Notes: a model not told the origin generated them from the letters alone. A stretch of 53,553 bases of DNA from Candidatus Woesearchaeota archaeon (GCA_964604105.1 CAZRXO010000001.1:1-53553); one strand, 5' to 3'; numbered from the stretch's first letter, positions 35,270-44,312 are shown. Translations and numbers: made by a program.

Positions 35270-35533
35270 TTATTTCTTTTCTTTGCCCTTAATAGAAACT
35301 TCTTCCTTAATCCCCCCGGGTTTTGCCTTTCCTTCAAATTCACTATAATGACATTTCCCACAATATTTTCGTCCTTGCGAATCCATCAAAAAAACACCAG
35401 GCCCACACCGAGGGCAATTTCGTGCTGTTCGAGTAACTTTATCTCCCTCAACTTTATACTTAGAATATTTTTTACTTGTCGGTTTATTCTTATGTGGCTT
35501 TTTCCCTGTCTTTTTTGCTTTTCCCTTTGCCAT
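35270..35533 (-). CDS. rps27ae: 30S ribosomal protein eS31 (S27ae)
   Basis: YKVEGDKVTRTARNCPRCGPGVFLMDSQGRKYCGKCHYSEF zinc ribbon. K-rich N-terminal and C-terminal tails. Confidence 0.85.
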   Translation of the reverse strand: MAKGKAKKTGKKPHKNKPTSKKYSKYKVEGDKVTRTARNCPRCGPGVFLMDSQGRKYCGKCHYSEFEGKAKPGGIKEEVSIKGKEKK

Positions 35534-36018
35534 TATTCAGCAACCTCTTCAACTTTATTTTCATCTACAATTTTCTCTTCAAGTTTATTTTCTTCAACTG
35601 GTTTCTCTTTTTCTTTTTCCTTAACCTTTTTCTCCCCTTCAGCCGTATCAGGCTCTGTCGACCCCACAATTTTCTTTTCTGTAGCTTTCTCAGCCTCAGC
35701 CTTTTTTGATTCTGATTCAGTTTTCAACTTATCCTCCAAAGCTTTTTTCTCAGCCTCTCGCTGTTTCTTTGTTTTAACTTCTGTCGAATCTTTATCTTCA
35801 AAACTTTCATAGACATTTGCTTTAACTTTAAATATCTGCGAACCAAATTTACCAAGAATGTTCTTTATCTTAATTGCATCTGCTTCTGTTTTGTAATTAT
35901 CAGCTAACCATTTCTCAACCTCTGTATTCGAAGGTGTAACCTCAGACGAAATTTCTAAAACAACTTCCTTTCTTTTGAAAAGTTCATTTTGTTTTTCATT
36001 AATTATTTTTACTTTCAT
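35533..36018 (-). CDS. rps24e: 30S ribosomal protein eS24 (S24e) with a ~70-aa K/E-rich C-terminal tail
   Basis: MKVKIINEKQNELFKRKEVVLEISSEVTPS...KIKNILGKFGSQIFKVKANVYES matches S24e. Operon position upstream of S27ae. Confidence 0.8.
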   Translation of the reverse strand: MKVKIINEKQNELFKRKEVVLEISSEVTPSNTEVEKWLADNYKTEADAIKIKNILGKFGSQIFKVKANVYESFEDKDSTEVKTKKQREAEKKALEDKLKTESESKKAEAEKATEKKIVGSTEPDTAEGEKKVKEKEKEKPVEENKLEEKIVDENKVEEVAE

Positions 36019-36025
36019 TTTAGAA

Positions 36026-36217
36026 TTATCTATTTTTAATAGCGAACTCGCCTTTTTCTTTTAAATTTAATTTCTGCGCAATTTCAGATTTCTCAGGATT
36101 CAAAACATGAACTCTTCCTTTAAATGCATCTGTATTTTCTCGCGAATCACACTTAGGACATTTCTCACCACTCTCAAAAATCGTACTACAAACTTTGCAT
36201 GCTTTAGATTTTACCAT
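36026..36217 (-). CDS. spt4: Transcription elongation factor Spt4 (RpoE'')
   Basis: KACKVCSTIFESGEKCPKCDS...FKGRVHVLNPEKSEIA zinc ribbon. Start at the Met 1 nt after the upstream stop. Confidence 0.8.
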   Translation of the reverse strand: MVKSKACKVCSTIFESGEKCPKCDSRENTDAFKGRVHVLNPEKSEIAQKLNLKEKGEFAIKNR

Positions 36218-36218
36218 T

Positions 36219-36566
36219 TTATTTTTTCCCTCCAAAAAAATTTAATTGAGATAATTTTTGATCAGAATAGATTTGAAAAGTATTTCTTCTATCTGGATTA
36301 GTCAGCCCCTCCACAACTTCTGATATATTTCTACATTGTTCATAATCCCCTGTAAGATTAATAAACCAAACACGAGTTTTATCAAATTTAGTTATTACTC
36401 CTTTATATTCTATCTTTCCATCATCGAGGCGTATTAAATGATTTCCAATACTTTCTCTTAATGTTTTTTTAACTAATGCGCCCCTCATTCTACTAGTATT
36501 TTTTCGTTCTCTCGAATCTTTTTTATCTCTTAAATCAAATCCAACTTCTTCAGTAGTAAATGCCAT
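36219..36566 (-). CDS. Unknown small basic protein with an Sm1-like signature, ending FFGG-KK
   Basis: LIRLDDGKIEYKGVITKFDKTRVWFINL resembles an Sm1 motif (G-x5-G-x-I-x2-FD). The C-terminus KLSQLNFFGGKK parallels its neighbour. Confidence 0.5.
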   Translation of the reverse strand: MAFTTEEVGFDLRDKKDSRERKNTSRMRGALVKKTLRESIGNHLIRLDDGKIEYKGVITKFDKTRVWFINLTGDYEQCRNISEVVEGLTNPDRRNTFQIYSDQKLSQLNFFGGKK

Positions 36567-36567
36567 T

Positions 36568-36870
36568 TTATGCTCGACCCCCTAAAAAATCTTCTAAACT
36601 AAATTTACTAGGGAATAAATGATAGGGGGGTTGGATAATTTGACTACGCCTAATAATTATTCCCCTACTAGTTTTATAAGCTCTTTTTTCTGGAATCCAT
36701 CTAACAATTTTACCACAACTTCTCCTTTCATTTTGTTGTCCACCTTCAACTGCAACATCTTTTCCAATTAAATCATAAACAACATCTGAAAAACCCCTCT
36801 GTGGAGCATATTCTTCCCTTCTGCGGGATTTATCCGGCATTACACCGAACATGATTAAAAACATTATCAT
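36568..36870 (-). CDS. Unknown small basic protein, paralogue of 36219-36566, ending FLGG-RA
   Basis: DLIGKDVAVEGG...CGKIVRW and C-terminal KFSLEDFLGGRA. ATGA overlap with the rpo7 stop; the real start is possibly Met11. Confidence 0.45.
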   Translation of the reverse strand: MIMFLIMFGVMPDKSRRREEYAPQRGFSDVVYDLIGKDVAVEGGQQNERRSCGKIVRWIPEKRAYKTSRGIIIRRSQIIQPPYHLFPSKFSLEDFLGGRA

Positions 36871-37490
36871 TTTTTCTTACCCCCAGTTTTCTTCACAGCT
36901 TTTCCTTTAACTTCTTTCTCTTGGTCCTTTAATATCTTCGCTTCTGCTTTTTTCTTTTTTACTTTGTCTTCTTCAACCCATTCTAATTTTCCTAAACCTG
37001 GTTGTCGCATTGTTAAACCAATCTTTGGCTCATTACCTTTATGCGAGATAGCAACAGTACGAGCCAAACACAAATCACCAGATTTCAATGCTCGCTTAGT
37101 ATTCTTCCCTGTCAAAGAATTTGCTTTACTAAATGAAACATAATCATCCATTGTTTGCCCAATGTGAATCATTCCTTTCATCGCACCCAAATTAATAAAT
37201 GCCCCAAAATTTGCAATCTCATTAATAACACCATAAACTAATTCATGAAGTTCTGGTTTCCAAATAAGCAACTTAAACTGACATTTATAATAAGCCGCAC
37301 CATCGCCAGGGATAATCACACCCTCGCCAACCTCCAAAACCTCAATAATCGCGACAACCTTTCCCAATTCTTTATCATAATAATCTGAATAAGTTTCTCG
37401 CAACTGTTTATCCACAGCTTCTGTAGTCGGCAAACCAAACAACTTCGGCTCGACCCTTACATAATCTTCAACTTCTGCTAAATAGAACAT
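36867..37490 (-). CDS. rpoE1: RNA polymerase subunit Rpo7 (RpoE') with a K-rich tail
   Basis: MFYLAEVEDYVRVEPKLFG N-terminus. S1 domain GVINEIANFGAFINLGAMKGMIHIGQ. Tail KKKKAEAKILKDQEKEVKGKAVKKTGGKKK. Confidence 0.85.
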   Translation of the reverse strand: MFYLAEVEDYVRVEPKLFGLPTTEAVDKQLRETYSDYYDKELGKVVAIIEVLEVGEGVIIPGDGAAYYKCQFKLLIWKPELHELVYGVINEIANFGAFINLGAMKGMIHIGQTMDDYVSFSKANSLTGKNTKRALKSGDLCLARTVAISHKGNEPKIGLTMRQPGLGKLEWVEEDKVKKKKAEAKILKDQEKEVKGKAVKKTGGKKK

Positions 37491-37535
37491 TGTGAAATTT
37501 AAAGTAAATATCGGTTTAAAAAAGTTACCATTGCA

Positions 37536-37916
37536 CTAAATAACCTCAATCCTCTTCATTTCCCGAATAACCATTTTTTTATTCTTCAATTTTTTCTTTA
37601 ATTCATTATCTAAGGTAGCAACAATCAACTTCGGATTTTCTTTTGCATAAGCAACAATCAATTTGTCGACATGTTTTTTTCCAAGATTCACAATCCTAAA
37701 ATTAGATTTATTTTGCTCCAAAATCTTCAAACCCAACTCTGCACTCTCGCGATTCTTTAATTTCTTATTTTTCTTATCAGCAACTCGTTCCATCTCCTCG
37801 AGAACTTGTTTAGGCACAATAATTTCAAAGCCTTCGCTAGACAACTCGTGAAAAAAATCAATCTTCTGCCGCGCACACGTCATAATAAAGTTTGTGTCTA
37901 ATAATACTGTTGTCAT
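37536..37916 (-). CDS. PIN-domain protein (Fcf1/COG1412-like, conserved neighbour of rpo7)
   Basis: VLLDTNFIM...IVPKQVLEEM...VATLDNELKK carries the PIN acidic residues. TATA TTTTTTATA (37938-37946) lies 21 nt upstream. Confidence 0.75.
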   Translation of the reverse strand: MTTVLLDTNFIMTCARQKIDFFHELSSEGFEIIVPKQVLEEMERVADKKNKKLKNRESAELGLKILEQNKSNFRIVNLGKKHVDKLIVAYAKENPKLIVATLDNELKKKLKNKKMVIREMKRIEVI

Positions 37917-37991
37917 AAAATAATTAGTGAAGTAGAGTATAAAAAATTAACATTACCAAACTTTTATTAATACTTTAAACTTATTTTAAAT

Positions 37992-38549
37992 ATGCAAGAG
38001 GCTGATAATATTCTTAGAATTTTCAAGCAAGCAAAAATTGCTATGGAAAACGACGACCCTGCAAAGCTAAGGGAAATAAGTGACCAAACAATTAACACAG
38101 CCTCGCGAACACACGACCCAGATAACATTGCTACAGCAGTAATAATTTATGCTTTAGGAAAAATAATTGAAAGACCAAATTACAGAAAAGAAAAAACTTG
38201 GAACAAATTTTACAAAAATACTTTACTTTACATTGATGCAATAATATCTGCACTAAAATTAGAAGACAAAGAAAAACTTAGAAAGAATCTCCAAAATATA
38301 AGAAGCTCAATTTCAGGACTTTCAGGAGATTTAAAAAAATACATTGAGGATGTTTTTCTAAAAGCAAAAATTAACAAAGCTTCTAAGATTTACGAGCACG
38401 GAATTTCAATGGAAACAACAGCCTCGCTATTAGGAATTACTATGTATGAACTCGCACTTTATGCTGGACAAAAACCCGACGGTGACGCACCTGCAAAGAA
38501 AATCACTATTCAACAAAGAATTAAATTTGTAGAGGATATTTTTAGATGA
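37992..38549 (+). CDS. Hypothetical protein with a C-terminal HTH-like segment
   Basis: 185 aa. ...GISMETTASLLGITMYELALYAG. The stop overlaps the next gene by ATGA. Confidence 0.5.
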   Translation: MQEADNILRIFKQAKIAMENDDPAKLREISDQTINTASRTHDPDNIATAVIIYALGKIIERPNYRKEKTWNKFYKNTLLYIDAIISALKLEDKEKLRKNLQNIRSSISGLSGDLKKYIEDVFLKAKINKASKIYEHGISMETTASLLGITMYELALYAGQKPDGDAPAKKITIQQRIKFVEDIFR

Positions 38550-39331
38550 AATCTGAAGAAAAAATAGCAGCAAGAAGTTATAATCTAATGGCCGAAGGGT
38601 ATCATAACACAAGGACAAAAGAATTTCCTCAAGGATGGTTTTACAATGAATTATTAGAAATGCCTGCAACATTAAAACTCTTGAGAAATGTTAAAGGAAA
38701 GAGAATTTTAGATATGGGGTGTGGGTCAGGAATTTATGCAAAGTTGTTAACTAAAAAAGGAGCAAAAGTAAAAGGTTTTGACATAAGCAAAGAGATGATA
38801 AAGATAGCAAAAAAAGAAAACTCTAAATTAGATCTAAGAGTAGGTTCGGGTTACAAGATTCCTTTCAACGAAAAGTTTGATATTGTTTTATCTTCTTTAG
38901 TAATGCATTATTTTAAAGATTGGAATAAGGTATTCAAACAAGTTAAAAAAGTACTGAAAAAAGACGGAATATTTGTTTTTTCAACAGGGAATCCAATTAT
39001 GGAATGCAGAGAATTGATTAAAGAAAAGAATCAAAAGAGAAAACTCTTGGGAACAATAAAAACTAAAGGAAAGAAAATTAATGTCTTTGGGAATTACTTT
39101 AAAGAAAGAAAGATAAATGAAGATTGGGTTATCGACGGAAAAAGAATAAAATTTTCTTATTATCATATAACTTATGAAACCATTATCAAGACAATAATAA
39201 AAAATGGATTTGAGATTATAGATTATAAGGATGCTTATCCAATAGCAAAAGCCAAAAAGTTATTTCCTAAAGATTATGCCGCTTGCTCTAAGCTCCCTTT
39301 CTTTACAATATGGAAGGTGAGACTAAAATGA
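38546..39331 (+). CDS. Class I SAM-dependent methyltransferase
   Basis: ILDMGCGSGIYAKLL (motif I), DIVLSSLVMHYF, GIFVFST. Confidence 0.8.
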   Translation: MKSEEKIAARSYNLMAEGYHNTRTKEFPQGWFYNELLEMPATLKLLRNVKGKRILDMGCGSGIYAKLLTKKGAKVKGFDISKEMIKIAKKENSKLDLRVGSGYKIPFNEKFDIVLSSLVMHYFKDWNKVFKQVKKVLKKDGIFVFSTGNPIMECRELIKEKNQKRKLLGTIKTKGKKINVFGNYFKERKINEDWVIDGKRIKFSYYHITYETIIKTIIKNGFEIIDYKDAYPIAKAKKLFPKDYAACSKLPFFTIWKVRLK

Positions 39332-40011
39332 AACAAAAAGCAATAATCTTCGACGCCAGCACAATAATTAGTTTCGCGATGAATGGTTTATTTCCAGAGT
39401 TACGAGAACTAAAAAAAGTTTTCAAAGGATATTTTATAATTCCTTATGAAGTAAAATATGAAGTAATTGATAAGCCAATGAAGATCAAAAGATTTGAACT
39501 TGAAGCTCTAAGAGTTCAACAACTTCTTAATGAAAAAGTTCTTGAAATGCCAGAGATTTTAGGAATAAACCCCGAAGAAATTTCAAAAAAAACAAAAGAA
39601 ATATTCGACATGGCAAATAGCACTTTTATAGATAGTAAGCGAACAATTCATTTAATTGATTCTGGTGAATGCGCAGCTTTAGCATTAAGTGAAATGTTAA
39701 ACAAAAAAAATATTCCAAATCTCCTAGCTGTGGATGAAAGAACAACTCGTTCATTGATTGAAGATCCAGAAGAAATGCGAAAGTTTTTACAAAAAAAACT
39801 TCATACAAGTATTAATCCTAAGAAACAAAATTATAATTTCTTTCAGCAATTTAAGGTAATACGCTCGACTGAATTAATTTATCTTGCTCACAAAAAGGGA
39901 TTAGTTAGATTAAAAGACCCGCAGGCTCTTGATGCTCTTCTTTGGGCAATGAAATTCAAAGGATGTGCAATCTCTGGAGACGAAATTGAAGAGATAAAGA
40001 GGTTAGGATGA
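39328..40011 (+). CDS. PIN-like domain protein
   Basis: AIIFDASTII, YEVKYEV, IDSGECAALAL and LAVDERT supply four conserved acidic positions. Start at the ATGA overlap with the methyltransferase stop. Confidence 0.5.
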   Translation: MKQKAIIFDASTIISFAMNGLFPELRELKKVFKGYFIIPYEVKYEVIDKPMKIKRFELEALRVQQLLNEKVLEMPEILGINPEEISKKTKEIFDMANSTFIDSKRTIHLIDSGECAALALSEMLNKKNIPNLLAVDERTTRSLIEDPEEMRKFLQKKLHTSINPKKQNYNFFQQFKVIRSTELIYLAHKKGLVRLKDPQALDALLWAMKFKGCAISGDEIEEIKRLG

Positions 40012-40718
40012 AATTGAAATTATTAAATCTAAATCTTTGGAATTATAATGAGTGGGATATTAGAAAACCAAAAATTATAAAGTTTATACAAAAACATAAG
40101 CCCGATTTTATCGCTTTTCAAGAAATAAGAGATGATTTAAAATTTAATAAAAAAGGAGATAACCAGTTAGAACAACTAAATAAAAAACTTAATTACCCTT
40201 ATTCTGCATTTTATGCAGTGACAGATAAAAGAAATGAGCGGCCCACAAAGTATAAAAGATATTGTATTGAAGGAATTGGGGTTTTGTCTAAATTTCCTAT
40301 TTTAAAGATAGAGAAAAAGAAACTAAAAAAACATAAAGAAGATATATACAACTGTGGAAATTTACATATCAAGATAAAAGCGAACAAAATTGTTGATTTA
40401 ATTGTGGTTCACTTTTCAAATAGTAATTATTTTAGTTTATTACATCTTCTTGAAACACTAAATTATATTAAAAATAAAAAAATAAAACCAGTAATCTTAG
40501 GAGATTTTAATATGTATGAAAGTGATGTTTTGCATGATTTAACACGAGATAATTTTAATAATTCTAGAGAGTATAAAAAATATATTTCTTACCCTGCAAG
40601 AAAATGGACTTTAGATTATATTTTGATTCCTAAAAATTGTAAATTTAAATCTTTTAAATCTGCAGGGTATGGATTGTCAGATCATAAAGTTTTAATCTCT
40701 TCCATAAACATAAAATGA
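40008..40718 (+). CDS. Endonuclease/exonuclease/phosphatase (EEP) family protein
   Basis: LLNLNLWNYN...FIAFQEI...GDFN...SDHKVL are the canonical EEP motifs. Confidence 0.8.
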   Translation: MKLKLLNLNLWNYNEWDIRKPKIIKFIQKHKPDFIAFQEIRDDLKFNKKGDNQLEQLNKKLNYPYSAFYAVTDKRNERPTKYKRYCIEGIGVLSKFPILKIEKKKLKKHKEDIYNCGNLHIKIKANKIVDLIVVHFSNSNYFSLLHLLETLNYIKNKKIKPVILGDFNMYESDVLHDLTRDNFNNSREYKKYISYPARKWTLDYILIPKNCKFKSFKSAGYGLSDHKVLISSINIK

Positions 40719-40739
40719 AACTAATAAAAAAATTATAAA

Positions 40740-41189
40740 ATGAAAATAAGAAAAGCAACAAAAAGAGATCTGAAAGAGATAGCAGAATTATCCTATGAGT
40801 ATGGAAAATATGAGAATTCTCTAGATAAAAATGTTGAAGCTCCCGCATTAAAAAGATGCAGAGAATTAGACGAATATTTTATGAAATTGGGAACGATTTA
40901 TTTTGTTATCGAAGAAGAAGGTAAGATTATGGGTGTTCAAAGTGTTAATATCCGTAAGCAAGGGAAAGAGAAAAAAGGAGTTTTGCACACGACAATTATA
41001 ACTAAAGATGCTCGGAGAAAAAGCTATGGGAAAGCACTTGTGAATTATGCTATAAGATTTTTTAAGAAAAAAGGATGTTTAAGATTAGATACTTTTGTTC
41101 ATTATAAAAACAAAAATGCTAAGAAATTTTGGGAGAAACAAGGCTTTGAAATGGAACAGGGATATATTGCAACTAAGAAATTAAAATGA
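40740..41189 (+). CDS. GNAT-family N-acetyltransferase
   Basis: MKIRKATKRDLKEIAEL..., motif A-like RRKSYGKALVNYAIRFFKKKG. Confidence 0.75.
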   Translation: MKIRKATKRDLKEIAELSYEYGKYENSLDKNVEAPALKRCRELDEYFMKLGTIYFVIEEEGKIMGVQSVNIRKQGKEKKGVLHTTIITKDARRKSYGKALVNYAIRFFKKKGCLRLDTFVHYKNKNAKKFWEKQGFEMEQGYIATKKLK

Positions 41190-42142
41190 AACTAACAAAA
41201 AACCAAGCACAAGAAATCTGTGAAAATTATTCTTTAGGAAAAATAAAGAAATTCAAATTAATGGGAAAAGGATTTGGAAATAATAATTTTGATTTTAAGA
41301 CAGATAAAGGAAATTTTATCATAAGATTTGTTGGAGAAGATTTACCTCCTTACAAAAAAAGAACATTAAAGCTTGAGGTAAATACATTAATCTATGTAAG
41401 AAAAAAAGACTTTCCTTACAACACACCTTTCCCTTTAGAGAATAAAAATGGAAAAAGACTTTCTAAAATGGGAAAACAAATATATTGGGTGTATAAAAAG
41501 TTAGAGGGTAGTGTTAATGAAACAGTTAATGAGAAAAAGTTTAAAGAAATTGTCAAATTGCAAGCAATTTATGATAAATTAATTAAAAATTTTAAAGTTC
41601 ATCGTGTAAAGGACGATTTTTTTACAAAAGTTTTGCCCACTGAATATTCTAAAATGAAAAAGATACAACCAAAAGATAAACTAGATAAACATATGTTAAA
41701 GAATATAGAATTATTCGAGGCTTATCAAAAAAAAGTTGCTAAAATAAAATTTCCAGGAAAGCCAATTGCAATACATGCAGACCTAAAACCCGAGAATATA
41801 TTATTCAGAGGAAATAAAATAGTCGCATTACTTGATTTTGGAAATGTTAAAATTGAACCAAGAATAGTTCATCTAGGAACTACTGTGGATAGATTATGTT
41901 TTGATAATGGAAACTTTGATAAGAAAAGGTTTAGAATCTTATTAAGAGAATATGAAAAGACAAATCTCTTAACTAAAAAAGAAAAAGAATTAATTTACTA
42001 TCCCATAATAAAAGATCTTTGTGGAAGTTTTTGGTGGTTTTATGCAAAGATGGATAAAAGAATAGAAATGAAAGAAAAAGTCGTAAAATTAATAATTAAA
42101 AAAATGAAATCTATTTCTGATGAAATTAAAAAAGTAAAATAA
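41186..42142 (+). CDS. APH/homoserine-kinase-II-fold phosphotransferase (catalytically intact)
   Basis: G-loop MGKGFGNNNF, catalytic IHADLKPENILF, LLDFGN. ATGA overlap with the GNAT gene. Confidence 0.75.
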   Translation: MKLTKNQAQEICENYSLGKIKKFKLMGKGFGNNNFDFKTDKGNFIIRFVGEDLPPYKKRTLKLEVNTLIYVRKKDFPYNTPFPLENKNGKRLSKMGKQIYWVYKKLEGSVNETVNEKKFKEIVKLQAIYDKLIKNFKVHRVKDDFFTKVLPTEYSKMKKIQPKDKLDKHMLKNIELFEAYQKKVAKIKFPGKPIAIHADLKPENILFRGNKIVALLDFGNVKIEPRIVHLGTTVDRLCFDNGNFDKKRFRILLREYEKTNLLTKKEKELIYYPIIKDLCGSFWWFYAKMDKRIEMKEKVVKLIIKKMKSISDEIKKVK

Positions 42143-42151
42143 AAAATAAAT

Positions 42152-42526
42152 TTATGACCTCAAAGTTAAGAAAGAATCTTTAGGTATTGAATCATAAACT
42201 CTTTCACATCCGGCTTTTGCATTCATGTGCATAACTGTCACATTACTATTAAGAACCCTCGCTAAAAGTCTTCTGCCCACAACACCCTTTTCTTTATCTC
42301 TTCCATAAATCATTGTTCCTTGAGCATATCTCCCTTGAATTTTACTCGGCCAAACTTGGTCATAATCTTTAGAAAGTTCATGTTGCAAAGCTAAACATAA
42401 AGCCTTTTCAGTATCTCCAACGATTATACTAAGATTTGTATTTGGATTCTTCAAAGAATCTAAAGCCCAAGCTAAATCCCAGTACTTTCTTTTCCAAGGA
42501 GGTAATTGTTCTGTTTTATTTTCCAT
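42152..42526 (-). CDS. Hypothetical protein
   Basis: Start re-called to MENKTEQLPPWKRKYWDL... (TTTATATAG 20 nt upstream). No family recognised. Confidence 0.5.
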   Translation of the reverse strand: MENKTEQLPPWKRKYWDLAWALDSLKNPNTNLSIIVGDTEKALCLALQHELSKDYDQVWPSKIQGRYAQGTMIYGRDKEKGVVGRRLLARVLNSNVTVMHMNAKAGCERVYDSIPKDSFLTLRS

Positions 42527-42624
42527 AAATAATCTTACAAATTTAACTATATAAACTTTTCTATTTGTTACCACTGTACAATTAAATGGTAATTCAATTA
42601 CATTAACAAAAACATTTAAATATT

Positions 42625-42657
42625 ATCATTATTATGTTAATTATAATCATTATTATG
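42625..42657. promoter_or_regulatory. Two copies of ATCATTATTATG spaced 21 nt, in a divergent promoter region
   Basis: Copies at 42625-42636 and 42646-42657. The second extends to the palindrome ATCATTATTATGAT. Confidence 0.35.
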
Positions 42658-42670
42658 ATAATCTAATAAA

Positions 42671-43171
42671 ATGGCTTTAATTCATGAACTTGACAAAAAT
42701 AAAAATATGAGAATGCTTTTTGGTAGTCGTGAACTTGAAATAATCAAAAAACAACTTTTAGGAATTCAATTAACTCATTCAGAAACAACAAGATTATCAA
42801 GGGACATTAGAAAAAAGTTTCGAGCAATAAAAGAATTATCTGAACATTCAAATGAATTTGACTTAAAAAAAGGAGCAGAAATAAAATTTCTAATTGAAGA
42901 AGCAAAAGAAATTATTCTTGAGCATGCTTTCTCCTCGAGAATTAAAAAAATTATTATCTTCGGCTCCGCAGTAGAAAATAAATTAACATTTAGATCAGAC
43001 CTTGATATCGCCGTTGAATTCATAAAAATAACCTCTAAGGAAGCAACAAAATTTCGAGCCCAGATTTCAGGGAAAGTTAGTAATAGAATAGATATTCAAG
43101 TTTATAATTTTCTTCCTGAAAAAATAAAAAAACAAATTAAAAAAAATCATAAAATAATTTATTCAAAATGA
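42671..43171 (+). CDS. Nucleotidyltransferase-domain protein (MNT-like) with an N-terminal extension
   Basis: IIIFGSAVENKLTFRSDLDIAVEF is the G-S...D-x-D Pol-beta NTase motif. No adjacent HEPN gene. Confidence 0.7.
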   Translation: MALIHELDKNKNMRMLFGSRELEIIKKQLLGIQLTHSETTRLSRDIRKKFRAIKELSEHSNEFDLKKGAEIKFLIEEAKEIILEHAFSSRIKKIIIFGSAVENKLTFRSDLDIAVEFIKITSKEATKFRAQISGKVSNRIDIQVYNFLPEKIKKQIKKNHKIIYSK

Positions 43172-43241
43172 ATAGAATAAAAGTTTAATGGGTTAATAAT
43201 ACAACAGAAACATTTAAGTATAACCGTATCTTAATTATTGT

Positions 43242-44312
43242 ATGAGACGAATTCTTACCCAAAAACAAAAAGAAGAGATAATAATAAACTATATCAGAAA
43301 AAATCCCAAAACAACCACCAATGAAATAAAGAAAAATACGAAGTTACATATTGAAAGAATATTTGCAAATGGTATGGGTGAAGCATACAAAAAAGCAAAA
43401 GTAAAATTCCCGAGAAAATTTAAAAGAATGAATAAGGAAGAGCGAAGAAAGATTATTATAGATTTTATAAAAAAGAATCCAAAAGCTGGAGGACACACAA
43501 TTATCCAAGAAACTAAAATAAATGTAGCTAATGCTTTCAAAAATATTGAGGAAGCTTACAAAGAGGCGAGAATAAAATACCCTCGGAAAATTGATAGAAG
43601 GACAAAGAAAAATAAGATAAAAGAAATACTTTCTGTTGTAAGAGAAAATCCCCAAATAACTATCCATGAACTTCGGATAAAAACAAATACCAAGCCCTAT
43701 AATTTTTTTAAAGATATAGAAGAGATATATTCTAAAGCAGGAGTTAAAAGTATTCCTGGAAATGAAAAATGGAAAATTAAGAAAAGAAAAGAGATTATAA
43801 AATTCATAAAACAAAATTCTTTAGCAACCCAAAGAGAGATAAATAATAATTGTAAAACACATGTTCAAGATCTATTTAGTAAAGGTATTTTTGAAGCGTA
43901 TGAAAAAGCAAGCATGCCTTTTCCTTTCGAGAGGTTGAAGTTATATGGTGTTGGAATAAAGGAAATTAGAGATAGGGCAAAGAATTTTGAAGAAGAGATA
44001 GCAATAAACCTTTCAGGATATGGTTCAGTTAATAGATTAGTAAAAACAAAAAGAGGATTTGCAGATATTATCTTTGAACGGAAAGGAAAAAAGGCGGTAA
44101 TAGAAATTAAAGATTATAAAAATAAAGATATTTCAATCTCTCAAATTAAACAATTAAATAAATATCTCGAGGATTGCAATTGTAATCTGGGGTTTCTAAT
44201 ATGTCATAAAAAACCCAGAAAAGATAAATTTTTAATAGGTAAAAACAAGATATTTGTATTGATTAAGGAAGAATTAAAGCAAATTCCAAAATTAATGAGG
44301 ATACGTAGTTAA
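43242..44312 (+). CDS. Four tandem ~65-aa HTH-like repeats fused to a C-terminal PD-(D/E)XK nuclease domain
   Basis: Repeat pattern I-x-F-I-K-K-N-P...E-A-Y-K-x-A-x-V-K-x-P-R-K occurs four times. C-terminal GFADIIFERKGKKAVIEIKDYK (D...E-x-K). Confidence 0.65.
   Translation: MRRILTQKQKEEIIINYIRKNPKTTTNEIKKNTKLHIERIFANGMGEAYKKAKVKFPRKFKRMNKEERRKIIIDFIKKNPKAGGHTIIQETKINVANAFKNIEEAYKEARIKYPRKIDRRTKKNKIKEILSVVRENPQITIHELRIKTNTKPYNFFKDIEEIYSKAGVKSIPGNEKWKIKKRKEIIKFIKQNSLATQREINNNCKTHVQDLFSKGIFEAYEKASMPFPFERLKLYGVGIKEIRDRAKNFEEEIAINLSGYGSVNRLVKTKRGFADIIFERKGKKAVIEIKDYKNKDISISQIKQLNKYLEDCNCNLGFLICHKKPRKDKFLIGKNKIFVLIKEELKQIPKLMRIRS

Noticed and set aside
35348-35812. 154-aa and 77-aa plus-strand ORFs
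   Set aside because: They are antisense to the K/E-rich tails of S27ae and S24e. AAG/GAA codons read backwards give stop-free F/S/L strings, so this is an artefact.
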